From Octopus sinensis (taxonomy: Eukaryota), in assembly GCF_006345805.1 (NCBI RefSeq), contig NC_043002.1, positions 101,928,001 through 101,992,000 of the forward strand: a stretch of DNA of 64,000 bases. Direction: 5' to 3'. Under the pieces are notes generated by a model that worked only from the letters and a program-made list of their open reading frames with translations, was not told the origin of the DNA and searched no databases. Positions 13,063 to 27,450 of the stretch are shown piece after piece (the first letter of the stretch is position 1; every line of letters begins with the position of its first letter). The position numbers and the translations under genes were made by a program.

Positions 13063-15454
13063 AACGTTACAGTGGAAAAAACCCTTCTTTCAGACCATGA
13101 CATGGTTCTCTGTAACATGAAATTTCACCAGCCGAAAGCTAATCCTAGTGACCTTCCTCCAGCCCACCCATTTGACAACATGGATCTCCATAATGCCAAC
13201 TGGATGCAATCAGGAACGAGCTATCACATGTTGACTGGTCCTTTACACATACACACATCTCCACCAACCATAAAACATCTTGGCAGATCTTTGTAGACAC
13301 CGTCACAGACATATGTGCAAAACACTCCCCACCAAGACCTGTGAACAAAAAGTGCAGAATCCCCCAAACAGAAAAACCATTATCAGAAAAATAAAAAGAA
13401 CAAACAAAAAAATTAACAAACTAAAGTACTGCCAACAGCAACACACACATTCGACGGCTATTGCACTGCTTGAATCTAAAAAATATAACCTCCAACAATG
13501 CATGAAGACCCTCATCAATAACCAAAGATCAGCTGAGGAGAAGTGGGCCATTGAAAAAATCAAACTCAACCCCAAAGTGTTCTTTTCATTTGCGAGGAAA
13601 CGCAGGGTCACTGTCTCCACTGTAGGCCCTCTAATTGACGAAAGTGGCACTCTCCAAGATAATGCCAAATCCATGGCCGAGATACTGCAGAAACAATACT
13701 GCTCTGTTTTCAGCAATCCTGATATGGCCGATCTGGGCTGTATCAGTGATGTCAACCCCCAACACACTATATCGGACATAACGTTTAGTGTCCCTGATGT
13801 CTTAGCGGCGATAAACGAAATAAAACACAATTCAGCAGTAGGCCCCGATAGGTTCCCTGCTTGTGTCCTGAAGGTGTGTCGACACCAACTTGCATCTCCC
13901 CTTGCTAATCTGTGGAGAAACTCACTGGATGCTGGCTATATTCCAAAAAACCTTCTGTCCCAGTCTGTTGTCCCAGTTTTCAAAAAAGGGAAACAAGTCC
14001 CTTGCAGTGAATTACCGTCCGATCTCACTCACCTCTCATATCATCAAGGTATTTGAGAGGGTGGTGAGATCTCGAATACCAATTTCTGGAAAGCAACAGA
14101 CGGTTGATCTCCAACCAACATGGGTTCCGTAATGGAAGGGACTGCCTAACGCAGCTCCTGCATCACTTTGAGGACATTTTGAGAGCTTTGGGAGAGGGCT
14201 CCAACACCGATGTCTCATCTACCTTGATTTCAGTAAGGCCTTCGACAGGGTCGATCACAAGATCCTATTGAAAAAACTATCCAACATTGTGTCCTGGAAA
14301 GTTACTGAAATGGATCAAGTGTTTCCTGACAGACTATCTCAACATGTTGTAGTTGAAGGGGTAAAATCAAGCCCAGCCAAAGTCAGTAGTGGCGTTCCGC
14401 AAGGCACTGTGCTGGGCCCACTTCTTTTCATCATTTACATTAATGATATTAATGACATCATCAAGCACAGCAACATAAAAATCTTTGCAGATGACTCCAA
14501 GCTACAGAAGGTCATAAATGAGGCGAGTGACCGGACATGCCTTCAGTCAGATCTACTGGCTGTTATCCAATGGGCAGAAAAAAACAATATGCTGCTGAAC
14601 GAGGATAAATTTGAGCTAATCCACTTTGGAAAAGAGGATGCCCTGAAACTCCCATACTCCCTTCCTTCAGGTGAAACTCTCGCGGCGTCCAACAACATCA
14701 GAGACTTGGGAGTAATTGTGGACAACAACATAAGCTGGGCCACTCATATAAACACCAAAGTTGACATGGCCCGCAAAATGTGTTCCTGGATTCTCAGAAC
14801 TTTCCAGTCGAGAGATATCCACACCATTATCCTTCTCTTCTCCACTTTTGCCCGACCCCACCTTGAATACTGTTGTCCACTGTGGTCTCCCCACACAATA
14901 CAAGGTATCATAAAAGTTGAAGCACCTCAAAGGGCAATCACAAAAAAGATAGATGACATGACAGGCCTCGACTATTGGGGTCGACTAGAAAAGCTAAAAC
15001 TCTATTCTCTCCATGGTCATCGTGAGCGCTACATCATCTGCATGATGTGGAAAATATTCCATCAGCATTGCCCAAATGATGTTGGCATCACCTTCAAGGT
15101 ACATCCAAGGCTTGGGCCCCGTGCCATCCGCCCAAAACAAAATCGCACTCTCATCTCATAACAACAATACGGCACAATTATTTCACCTCAATTGGCCCCG
15201 CTCTCTTTAACATTACACCAAAACACATTAAAACAGAAACTGACCCTATAGGGTTCAAGAAGTCTTTGGACAGATTCCTTCAAGAAATCCCGGATAAACC
15301 CCCTACACCCGGATATGTCTCTGTAAACAATAACTCTCTACTTGAGTGGGCCATAGTGCCCAAATTCTGACTTGAAAGACTTCACCAGGTGGTGCTATTA
15401 AGTTAGACATGGCCTGGGCCAATAATGGGCGAAACCTATCAAAGTATCAAAGTA
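13063..15454 (+). mobile_element. 5'-truncated CR1-type LINE ORF2 pseudogene with 3' UTR
   Basis: The SDH motif (end of the APE endonuclease) lies near 13090. It is followed by FFSFAR..VGPL, GPDRFPACVLK, NYRPISLTSHIIKVFERVV, SGVPQGTVLGPLLFIIYINDI and FADDSKL. There are several frameshifts, and it ends tatcaaagtatcaaagta. Confidence 0.92.
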
Positions 15455-15476
15455 TATATATAATATATATTTATAC

Positions 15477-15519
<43 letters not shown>

Positions 15520-15566
15520 ATATATATATTATATATATATATATTATATATATATATTTATACATA

Positions 15567-15614
<48 letters not shown>

Positions 15615-15633
15615 GTATATTATACATATGCAT

Positions 15634-15718
<85 letters not shown>
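15455..15718. repeat. (TA)n microsatellite
   Basis: Direct inspection. Confidence 0.95.
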
Positions 15719-15727
15719 CATTGCGCA

Positions 15728-15908
15728 CCGTTAAATAACAAGTTAAGAAATGTATAATGCACAAACGAAAAACAGAGGCAAAAGGGCAGGTTAAGAAACA
15801 TAGCACATGCGCATTTACTCTCTTTACCCTATGAATTTTAACTCGCCATTCTGCCTTTGTTTTTCGTTTCTACTTTTACTAAACATTTTAAAACTTATTA
15901 ATTAACGG
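15728..15908. mobile_element. Old palindromic MITE-like element
   Basis: ccgttaaataacaagtt...aaacgaaaaacagaggca...catag is imperfectly mirrored by ctatg...tgcctttgtttttcgttt...aacttattaattaacgg. Confidence 0.6.
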
Positions 15909-16394
15909 AACTCAACGCTCCCATGGTTTTATTCAAAGGAAGTTATGTTTTATATTTTGTGCGAATTCTATTTCTAGCCTTCCTTCTGTCTCTTTTTTCT
16001 CTTCGTCCCTTCTTTCTTTCTCCCTCCCCTCTCTCGCACTCTTTCTCCTCTGCCCTCTGTTTCTCCTTCTGCTCGCTACTGACAAATGACCCATGGTCAG
16101 CTTTTTTTTCTCCTCTCACGCTTTTTTAAAAACCGGTTGTTACAGCAACCGGTCGTATATTCTCTACTCACCACTTCATCCATTTTCACTGTCTGTTGCC
16201 CTTCTGTTTCCAGTCTTTTAGGATTTCCCTCTCAGCATTAAACATATTACGTCTTCATCGAGACTTAAGGCTACGTTCTGTTTCAAAGTGTCATCCTTCA
16301 TTTTCAATACAAATGATGACTTTTCTACACATGTTTTGAAACACATATTAGAGAGCCTGACTCTTGGAGAGTCAGTTCTCTGCTATGGTGATAT

Positions 16395-16612
16395 TCCTTT
16401 ATTTGTTTCGGGCATTTGACTGCGGTCATGCTGGATCATCTTTTTTGTTTTACTCTAAAAATCGACCACAGGACTTATACTTTGTAAGCCAAGTACTTCT
16501 TCCATCGGTCTCTTTTGCTGAACTGCTAACTTATGGGGACGTAAACAAACCAGTATCGGTTGTCAAACAATGTTGGGGTAAAGCACAGACACACAAGCAT
16601 ATACACACATAA

Positions 16613-16664
<52 letters not shown>

Positions 16665-16743
16665 GTTATATATATAAACATATATACATGTATATATATA
16701 AACATATATACATGTATATATAAACATATATACATGTATATAT

Positions 16744-16786
<43 letters not shown>

Positions 16787-16992
16787 CGTATATATATATG
16801 TATATATATGCATACACATATATATATATACAAAGGGCTTCTTTCAGTTTCCCTCTACCAATTCATTCGCAAGGCTTTGGTCGGCTCGAATCTATAGAAT
16901 AAAATACTTCCCCAATGTGCAAATGCAGTGGAACTGAACCCGGAACCATATGTTTGGGAAGCAAGTTACTTACCTTATAGCCACACCTGCCC
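16395..16992 (-). mobile_element. CORE-like tRNA SINE with expanded internal (TA)n
   Basis: Tail at 16395-16610, internal microsatellite at 16615-16830, head (gggcttctttcagtttcc...gaacccggaaccat...atagccacacctgcc) at 16830-16992. Confidence 0.8.
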
Positions 16993-17029
16993 TATATATC
17001 TATAAACACACACACACATGTATATTATA

Positions 17030-17070
<41 letters not shown>

Positions 17071-17526
17071 TATAATATATATATATATATAAACCTTACA
17101 GTATCTCAAAGTGAGACAATGCCTCCTGTTTCATCAAATGTAGACTATATGCACACTGCCCAGATAGACAGAGTAGGATTAAATAGTCAGTAAATAGTCA
17201 CATCTATACTATATATTACATATTCAGTGTTACTAGGATCGTACACCACAATGGAACAAAGTTAATTCTAGATCTACATCGTGCAGAATAATGTGGATGC
17301 TAAAGGGCAATAATGACTTAGTTATGCCATGTCTGAAGTAAGAAGGAAAATCGGCAGTAATACGAGCGAAACCTTTGTGAAGAGAGACACCACTAACAAT
17401 GAAAGTAATTATATTTCCCTCTATTATAGAAGAATAAAAACCTGTGAAATATGTTCAGCCGCGACCAAGAAGTGTCGAGTTCACTTTTCAGTAGTGTCTT
17501 GTTTGCTTTTTCGGTTTACAACATTC

Positions 17527-17938
17527 CAAGCTGGCGGAAACGTTAGCACGTAAGGCGAAATGCTTAGCGGTATTTCGTCTGCCGTTACGTTCTGGGTTCA
17601 AATTCTGCAGAGGTCGACTTTGCTTTTCATCTTTTCGGGGTCGATTAAATAAGTACCAGTTACGCACTGGGGTCGATATAATCGACTTAATCCGTTTGTC
17701 TGTGCTTGTTTGTCCTCTCTGTGTTTAGCCCCTTGTGGGTAGTAAAGAAACAGGTATTTCGTCTGTCGCAACGTTCTGTGTTCAAATTCCGCCGCGGTCG
17801 ACTTTGCCTTTCATCCTTTCGGGGTCGATTAAATAAGTACCAGTTACGCGCTGGGGTCGATATAATCGACTTAATCCGTTTGTCTGTCCTTGTTTGTACC
17901 CTCTGTGTTTAGCCCCTTGTAGGTAGTAAAGAAATAGG
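17527..17938 (+). mobile_element. Deu/Nin-like SINE with tandem duplication of its 3' two-thirds
   Basis: ggtatttcgtctg...gtagtaaagaaa occurs twice (about 17570-17750 and 17752-17935). Confidence 0.85.
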
Positions 17939-18832
17939 TTTACAACATTGCAGAACCATTCAACAAAGAATTTAGTCGCGTTGCCGTTTTGTTATCGTTT
18001 TCTTTTTCTTATTGCTGAAGCTCATCTTACGATCATCCTGACCAATTTGTGAGTGCACCGATGCTAAGATTACATTCATTATATCTTCCTCAAAAAATAA
18101 AAAAAAAATTGGTAAAAAATAGTAGTGTGTGATTTAAAGGAGACATAACCATTTTCTTTTTTCTTTCAGGTTATACGCAATCCGAACTATAATTATTACA
18201 GGACATTTGGCTATTAATTGTAGCAGGTTGGAAAACGAGAAAGAGGTTAGTTTGATGCTTCGAAAAACGACAAACAATATTTGCTATTATGGTGTGCTGA
18301 TATAGTTTTATTTTGTTAATTTTTCGCTACTGTGTTACGTGTGGTCATCAACTTTTGTTCTGTATTTTCACCGTCTGAGAAAAGAGTAAAACACCCATTA
18401 GTTACTTAGCAATACATAAAACTATTTCCGTTGTAATTTTTTTGATTTTATTTTTAACACATGCTACGGAATCAAAGCAGTCTTCAATATGGGGGTAAAC
18501 CACCAGCTTTGTTTTCAATTCTTTTCATATTTCGTTCTGACGAACAAAGTATTTCATTCTTTTCAACTTGGTTACGCATTTGGTACTTTGTTGCCAAAAC
18601 TACCGAGAGTAGCTTGTTTGATTAAATAGTTTCGATTAGTTAATATTTGAAGTTAACTACTATAAAAACTACACAGACATATACATATGATGCAATACTG
18701 CAATGCATCTGTTACACCCAACATACACACACATATATATATATATATACATATATATATGTGTGTGTTTATATATATGTTTGTATATATAAATGAATTA
18801 TACGTGTGTGTGTATGTGAGTGAAATGGCGTA

Positions 18833-18871
<39 letters not shown>

Positions 18872-19919
18872 ATATGCCATTTCACTCAAATACACACACG
18901 TATAATTCATTTATATATACAAACATATATATATATATATATATATAAACACACACACACACACATATATATACACACGTATATGCATATATGTGTAAAA
19001 CGGCATATTACGCTTGTATTGCTATCATGTCCGGTGGAAATACTAAAATAACAAAAATAACCATTCATTAAATAAACAATAAAAAAAGATAGCAACAAAA
19101 ATGAGATAGAAGCCGTTAAAAACAAAAGCAAAACAGTCGAATATAGCAAGAAAAAATTACAATAAACAGACGAATCAACAATGATGGTAACTAGCATTTT
19201 ATAACTTTTATAGTTAGTTGAAAATAGCTTCATTTGTCCATCACTGTCCGTACTTTCAACGTCATACAAATACGTATAAAGCCCAGACTCCTAAATAGAG
19301 AAGCGCAAAAAAAAAAAAAAACCCAGATATACGCATATATGCATGTAGTGTTCTCTATCGCATTACACGTTTTATTCACCTGACCATACTTCGGTTCAAT
19401 ATTGACCATTTTATTACAATATATTATTATTATTATTATTTAGTCATTTTTTTTCTATAGCGCTCACTCACTGCACAACCGAGCACGGCTCCGTGTGTCT
19501 TGGGTTGGTGCAATAGTTTGATATGGTTTTTGTTTTTAGTTTCTATCGAGTATAAAATGTAGTCGACATAATGGGTGTGCAATGGCTACTACTACTACTA
19601 CTACTACTACTACGACTATCGTTGCTGGTGTGTTTCTTATATTCTCTCTCAGGTTCTCAGTTTAGGTACATTATACTGGAAATGTTTTTAATTAAACGTG
19701 AAAAAAAACCCCCAAAAACAAAACGAAGAAAGCAGAAGGAAAAGGGAAAGACAAAAAAAAGCTGCAGTATATAGTTGCTGTGCTATTTTTGATGAAACAT
19801 TAACTTCAAACCGATACATCAGCTTTGTATGAGAATAAAAATAGGCAGATTTATGGCAGAGTAATTTTGGAGTAAGCGTGTATGTGTCTACATCTATTCA
19901 TCATAGACGTAAATAGATA

Positions 19920-20396
19920 CATATATATATATATGTATGTATGTATGTTGTATGTATGTATGTATGTATATATATATATATATGTATGTATGTATATATA
20001 TATATATATATGTTTTTGTATACATGTATATATGTATATATATACGTTTGTATGTATGTATATATGTATATATATATGTTTGTATGTATGTATATATGTA
20101 TATATTATATATATATATATATATTATATGTATGTGTATATATATATATATGTGTATATATATATATATGTATGTATAATATATATATGTATGTATATAT
20201 ATATATATATGTAGTATGATGTATGTTATATATATATATATGTATGTATATATATATGTATGTATATATTTATATATATATATGTATGTATATATATATA
20301 TGTATGTATATATATATAGGTATGTATATATATATATATATCGATGTATGTATGTATATATATATATGTATGTATATATATATATGTATGTATGTA

Positions 20397-20429
<33 letters not shown>

Positions 20430-20432
20430 ATA

Positions 20433-20465
<33 letters not shown>

Positions 20466-20880
20466 ATTATATATATATATGTATGTATGTATGTATGTAT
20501 ATATATATATGTATGTATGTATGTATATATGTATATATATATATATGTATGTATGTATGTATGTATATATATATATGTATGTATATATATATATGTATGT
20601 ATATATATATGTATGTATGTATATATATATATATATGTATGTATGTATATACATATATGTATGTATGTATATACATATATGTATGTATGTACGCATGTAT
20701 ATATATGTATGTATATATATATATATATATACATATATATATGTATGTATATATATACATATATATATATGTATGTACATATGTATATATATATATATAT
20801 GCATACACACATACACCTATATATGTATATATATGTATACATATATATTATACATATATATATATACGTGTAGGAGTCCA
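19920..20880. repeat. Long compound (TA)n/(TATG)n microsatellite
   Basis: Direct inspection. It is the source of the 200-270 aa Y/I/M/C pseudo-ORFs. Confidence 0.95.
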
Positions 20881-21699
20881 TGTATGTTCATACATGTATG
20901 CGTATTTAAATATATTTACATATACACTCATGTACACTGACACAGACACAGACACACACACGCGCATTTATACACACACCAAAATGGAGCTGTACATGTT
21001 CAAACAGTATTTGATGTCTTAGGTGTATATAATGCGATCAGCTCAGAGCGGTTACATTAGTTTTATTTGTGATTCTGTTGATTTATATGTGGGTTGAGGT
21101 AAATATTTATTCAGGCTGTGGGTGGTTGTTTTGCTGGTATCCTTGTCATACCTCCTGTTGTTGTTGTTGTTGCTGGTGATGGTCGTGTTGGGAGAGGTGG
21201 TGGTATGGCTGCGAATCTATTTTTGTGATTAATGTCAATGGAAGCAACGTCCGCTTTGTATTCAATTGAAGGTCAGATGAATGTCACCACTTCCCGCTGC
21301 GAAATGCCAACCAATGTACATACGACTTAACGTAGTTATTGATCCGCTAGAAATGACACCTAAATATGCCTCATATCTCTGTTTACTATTTTTAAAACTA
21401 CCTCCCTCTCTGTCTGTCTGACACTGTGTGTGCGGGTGTATGTGTGTGTGCATACATATATATCCCAATGGTACGTACCTACCTAATGTAGACATGATGG
21501 CCATTGATTGATTGATTCCATTGTGCTGTCAGATGATGCTGATTGTCTTTACCTATTTTATTTGAACTAACCCGGAAAATATATTTTAGTGTTTTATGGT
21601 TATTTGTAGCTCTGTTTATCCTCAACATCTTTCGAAAGAGAAAGCAAGAGAGAAATCGTTGAGTACAGTGCTTAGAGGTATTACAGCTAAGAAAAAAAA

Positions 21700-22941
21700 A
21701 GCCGTGAGGTGTACAGTTGGCAGATTTCAGGAAGCACGGAAGTTTTGAATGATATAGTGTCTCAACAGCTAACAACTTATGTAGGTAGTTTATTCCATGC
21801 TTCAACAATTCTGAGGGTGTCGAAATGTTTCCGAAAGTCATGGGTGCTGTATTTTTTTAAAATTTTTATTTTATAAATATATCCACGAGTGTTTGACTTG
21901 TGGAAAAGGTTCACAAGGTTGTTGTTGGAAAGATGGTGGATCCACTTATGGATATATACCAAGTCAGTTACCCGACGTCTCAGCTTCAATGTATCCATAC
22001 CCAGTGAAGCAAGACGTTCACAGTTTGGTAGATGCATGACGGCGGATATTCATTTCTGTTGCACGTTTCTGAATAGTTTCCAGGAGGTTGGTTTGCTAAG
22101 CAGGATAGGGATTCCACACTGATGATCCAAATTCTAAGTGTGGACGTATCATTGTCATGTACAGTTTTAAATAGACAGTTGGAGTGCAACTGACAAGGAT
22201 TTTATTGAGTGATGCGAAGACGCCCTCAGTCTCTTTGACAATCTTAGAGGTGCGATTTGTCAAATGTGGATCACTGTTTACAATAATACCCAGATCACTT
22301 TCACTAGCAGACTTCTTGAGATTGGCGTTGTTGAGGGCGAATGTAAAGGCTGGATTTTCTTCTCAAAGTGCATGGTGCCGCACTTGTCCACAGCTAAAAT
22401 GAGTAGCCAGTCAGAAATCCATTGTTGCACTGTGTTCATGTCTGGTGGCAGGAAAGATCTATAACGCATAGGATCTGTTCCTTTTATCTCAAGGTACAGC
22501 TTGATGTCATCTACATATTTCAACACTTTATCATTCCTCAAGTTGGCATTTATATCATTAATATATGCATCAAACCGTAGGGAACGAAGGACAGATCCTT
22601 GTGGTACACCAGGTGTCATCTTGTTGGGTGAAGAATAATGATGTCCTAGAACCGTAACTATCTCTTTCCGACTGAGAATGAAGGACTTCAGCCAGTTATA
22701 GAGATCATCTTTCACACCTATTGCAGAAAGTTTTGCTATAAGTCGTTTGTGTGGCACAGAACTAAAGGTTTCAGCAAAGTCAAGGTAGATATCATCCACC
22801 TAAGAACCGCTATCAGCAACTCGAGTGATGTCTTCAAGAAATTCGATGAGTTGACTTCAAGAACTGGAGTTGGGGATAAATCCAAATTATGAGGGTCGAA
22901 TAAGATTGAGAGATCTCCAAAAGTTCCAGAATGCTTCATGC

Positions 22942-22943
<2 letters not shown>
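21700..22943 (-). mobile_element. CR1-type LINE RT to 3' end fragment (second family), decayed
   Basis: Minus frames give QLIEFLEDIT, DDIYLDFAETFSSVPHKRL, GVPQGSVL, YVDDIKLY, TLKLRRRVTDL and RIVEAWNKLP. Confidence 0.85.
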
Positions 22944-23018
<75 letters not shown>

Positions 23019-23424
23019 GCAGTAGCAATGTAGAGATAATGCAAATCGTGGTGTTGGCTGCTTTTAGTTTTCACTTTTTACTTGTTTCAGTCATTCGCCA
23101 ACGGCCATGCTTGGGCACCACTTTGAAGATTTTCCTCCAGCAATTACTCCTTAAATATGATGCTTTCCCTATAGGTCTCCTCTTTACCGAATCGCTAAAT
23201 GATGCGGATGTAAGCAAAGCAGCACCGGCTGTCAATATATGGTTGGTTTACACACATAGCACAAACACACTCTCACACATACAGCTATATATGTATATGT
23301 GTATGTATGTATGTATGTATGTATGTATGTATGTATGCATGTATGTATATGTATGTATGTACGTATGTATGCTTGTGTGTACGTATAATAATAATAATAT
23401 TAATAATAACCCATGATTATTACT

Positions 23425-23718
23425 GGTTCAATAGTTAGAGCGTTCATTTCACAACCATGAAGTTGTGAGTTCGATTCCTGGACCGGGTGGTGTGTTGTGT
23501 TTCAGAGCAATAGCCTTTATTTCACGTTGTTCTAGTTCACTGAACTGTAGAAGTGACTTGCGACGTCACTAGTGTCAAACCGTATCGGCCTTTGCCTTTC
23601 CCTTGGATAACATCAGTGGCGTGGTGAGGGGAGGCTGGTATGCATGGACGACTGCTGGTCTTCCATAAACAACCTTGCCCAGACTTGTGTCAAGGAGGGG
23701 ACCATTTTAGGTGCAATC
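23425..23718 (+). mobile_element. tRNA-derived SINE (further subfamily, CORE-like)
   Basis: B-box gagttcgattcc, followed by gcgacgtcact...cccttggataacatc. A related copy lies at 61735-61950. Confidence 0.65.
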
Positions 23719-23904
23719 TTTAATTTATGGATGGAATATGTAAACATTTTAATACATCGCTCTGCACATTTCCATAAATTACTTTTCTTCAGATCATATT
23801 TCGCATTCCTGCGATGATTGCACTTCCGTCCTTAGTATCCAAGGACATCAGGTGGATCATATTCCTGCGTTCATTTCTTCGGGGCACGGGTACACACACA
23901 CACA

Positions 23905-23934
<30 letters not shown>

Positions 23935-23935
<1 letters not shown>

Positions 23936-24092
23936 TACGAAGGGCTTCAGCTTCCATCAATCGAGTTCACTCAAAGGATTCTAAGTCGGTCAGCGGCTAC
24001 ATTAGGAGACACTTACTCCAAATACCACGCGTTGTGATTGAACCCGAAACCCCATGGTAGCAAAGTAAGCTTCTTCACTACACGGTTACATC
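23935..24092 (-). mobile_element. 5' head of CORE-like SINE, decayed
   Basis: gggcttcagcttcc...ttgaacccgaaaccccatgg...cactacacgg. Confidence 0.55.
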
Positions 24093-24710
24093 GAAGAGCA
24101 AATAGAAAACGGTATCACTTAGGTATCATTTGAACCTGCGACCGCAACTCCAAAAACCTACAGGTGCAGTTATATAAGTGATATTCTGCCAAGAGTAGTT
24201 TCTCCGGCATTTATAGTCGACGTGGCAGTTTTTCACAGAGAATTTACGAAAATTTCCCTCTCTTTCTTTCCTACTTTGTTTCTTACGTGGTTTCCTTCTT
24301 CCTTTCCTTCTTTCTCTCTTTCTCTCATTCTTTCTTTCTTTCTTTCTTTTTCGTTCTCTCCTTCCACTCTTTCTTTATTACCCTCATCCTTCATTTCTTC
24401 CCCTCCCTCTCCTCTTCCTTTCTCTATCTATTTCAAACTTTCTGCCATCTTTTCTTTCTTTCTTCTTTCCTCCCGATCATTCTCTTTCATTATTTTCCTT
24501 CCTCACCGTCTTCTCCTTTCCTTTTTTCTTTCTCTTAATTTTAACTCAATTACTGTTATTATTATTATTATTATTTATTTCAAGTTCCTTTTATCTTTTC
24601 CTTTCCTTCTTTATCTTCATATAACTCACTTTCAATAACCCTCTCCTTGTCTCTCTATCAGTCTAAATTTCTATCTGCGTGCACACACACACACACATAC
24701 ACACACACAA

Positions 24711-24742
<32 letters not shown>

Positions 24743-24825
24743 TACGTATATCTATAGACACAGTTCATTCTATTCCAATTTCTCTTTCACTCTTTTCTTT
24801 CTCTCTCTTCCTCTCTCTCTCTCTG

Positions 24826-24881
<56 letters not shown>

Positions 24882-25352
24882 CGCTCCCGCAAATCTTCAG
24901 TTATCTTCTACTCATTACCTTTTTATTATTTTCCTTCTTTCTTTAACCTATTTGCTGATGTCTTATAGTTTTTCTTTTTCGTTCTTTTGTTTTTTTTTCC
25001 AATAAGAAACCTGAATGAAACGTCATTTATTCAACCATTCAAACGAGTTGAGTTCTTTTTATCCAGTTTTATCAAAGAGCTTGCAGTTTTAAGTTTCATA
25101 AGTGCACCTACAACTAAACACATGTTTAATACCTGTTTATACACACACACAAAGGCACACACACACACACACCACACACACACAAGTAAATACGAAAACT
25201 CACAAATACGTAAAAATACATACTTATACATATGCTTATATGCATATTTATAATGTGTGTATATGTGTGTGTATATTTATATATATATACATATATATAT
25301 ATGTATGTATGTATGCATGTAGGGAAAGATAGATTTATATATATGGACATAT

Positions 25353-25403
<51 letters not shown>

Positions 25404-25411
<8 letters not shown>

Positions 25412-25626
25412 AAAGGGCTTAGTAAAATAAATTACTTTGCCGCATACTGAACTCATTAGAAATAGCAGCTAAAAAAACTTTTTTAAAGCTATTTCTAATA
25501 CTTAAAGAAAATCTTTAAGTTTCTTTAAGTATTAGAAATAGCTTTAAAAAAGTTGTTTTAGCTGCTATTTCTAATGAGTTCAGTATGCGGCAAAGTAATT
25601 TATTTTACTAAGCCCTTTTATATAAT
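25404..25626. repeat. Near-perfect 223-bp palindrome
   Basis: Arms at 25404-25510 and 25520-25626 (about 107 bp each), one mismatch seen, 9-nt spacer atctttaag. Confidence 0.92.
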
Positions 25627-25825
25627 GTAATAATTGAATTCGCCTTGAATGGTCCCTTTGCATACTGAACACTTGGTGAAATTGATTAATAATTAATTAA
25701 TTTTGCCCTCAATTGTTGAAATATATATATATATATATATATTCGGAAGGGTCATATTGCCAGTTTAGCCAATAAAAACACACACGCACATATATTTGGT
25801 GTTATTTTGCTTCAAATATTTAAAC

Positions 25826-25866
<41 letters not shown>

Positions 25867-26789
25867 TATATATAATCCTACTTCTGACAAACCTATTTAA
25901 TGGCGATGCCCCAGCATGGCCACAGCTCCTGAGCTGAAACTAGATAAAAGAAAAAAAAAAGAAAAATATAAATAGATACATACACACTTAAGCACACACA
26001 CACAAGCACACATACACACACACAAATATATGCATATATATATATATATACTTCGCTTTCCAATTGAGTACTCATTCAACTTGTTTATCAACTAATAACT
26101 GTATGCACAAGTCGTGTGTGTGTGTGTGTATGTGTTGTATGTGGGCGTGCGTGTGTGTGTGGTTTTACAGGTTTCTTATGTTCAGATAGAAACATGTGCT
26201 GAATGGTATGAACGTGCATAACAAAACTGCTGCAGTGAGTTCCTTTTATGTTTACCTCACATGCATTAACACAGTATTGTAGGATCTTAATACAATTTTG
26301 CTCATCCTCTCTTTGTTTTTTAAACAAAAACTAATATTTTCATCGTCAAGGTTAATGATTGCGATTAAGTGGAATAACAACAGGAAAATATGAAAACCAA
26401 TGAAACGAGCATCATCAGCAAGAGAGAGAGAGAGAGAGAGAGAGAAAAAAAAAGCTTGCATTCATTCCCGGATGTATTTGATGTCGAAGATAATAATACT
26501 AATGAATATCGAATCATTGGCGGATAAGTACGTCTCGTAAACCCATCAACATCAGCAGCAGCAGCAGCAGCCAAAGCAAAATATCTCAACAGTTAATTCA
26601 TCTTCGTTTAAAGAAAGTTTTCATTTTATAATTATACAAATTCGCTGCGCATTGATTATATTTATAATTCTATTAGTTCGGGAAAAAAAGTCTGGGAGAT
26701 CAGCAAGTTTTTCTAATGATTAAGTTATATCCTTTGATCTATCCATACACTAAGCACTTTGTAATTATACGAAAGGTGGAGGGATGCAT

Positions 26790-26847
26790 ACATGCGAGTA
26801 TATATATATGTGTGTATGTGTGTGTGTGTGTTGTGTGTATATGTATA

Positions 26848-26878
<31 letters not shown>

Positions 26879-27043
26879 GTAGGTATATGCATGTATCTAT
26901 ATATATGTATATATGTATGTGTGTGTATACCTATGTATATGTATATGTTTGTATATATATGTATATATATAAGTATGTATATATATATGTATATATATCT
27001 ATATGTATGTATATATATGTATACATATACATATGTATGTCTG

Positions 27044-27080
<37 letters not shown>

Positions 27081-27290
27081 GTATATGTATGTATATATAT
27101 ATATATATGTATGTATATATATAAATGTATATGTATGTATATATATATATATATGTATGTATATATATATATATGTATGTATATATATATATGTATATAT
27201 ATATATATGTATATATATGTATATGTATATAATATATATATGTATATATATGCACAGACACACACACATATATATAATATATACTTATAA
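26790..27290. repeat. Compound (TA)n/(TATG)n microsatellite
   Basis: Direct inspection. Confidence 0.95.
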
Positions 27291-27408
27291 ATGGCGGTGC
27301 CCAAGCATGGCCACAGCTCGTGAGCTGAAACTAGATAAAATAGAAATAAAAAATAAATAAAAATATGCAGAGATATAAGTATGCTAATATATATACATAC
27401 ATATATAA

Positions 27409-27450
<42 letters not shown>

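Noticed and set aside
19882-21022. Long Y/I/M/C/H-rich ORFs (up to 268 aa), and similar ones at 12.4-12.8, 15.4-15.8, 26.7-27.3, 37.8-38.2, 55.7-56.1 and 63.4-63.9 kb
   Set aside because: These are translations of (TA)n, (TATG)n and (CA)n tracts, which lack stop codons by construction.
24222-24638. F/S/L-rich membrane-looking ORFs
   Set aside because: A polypyrimidine low-complexity tract.
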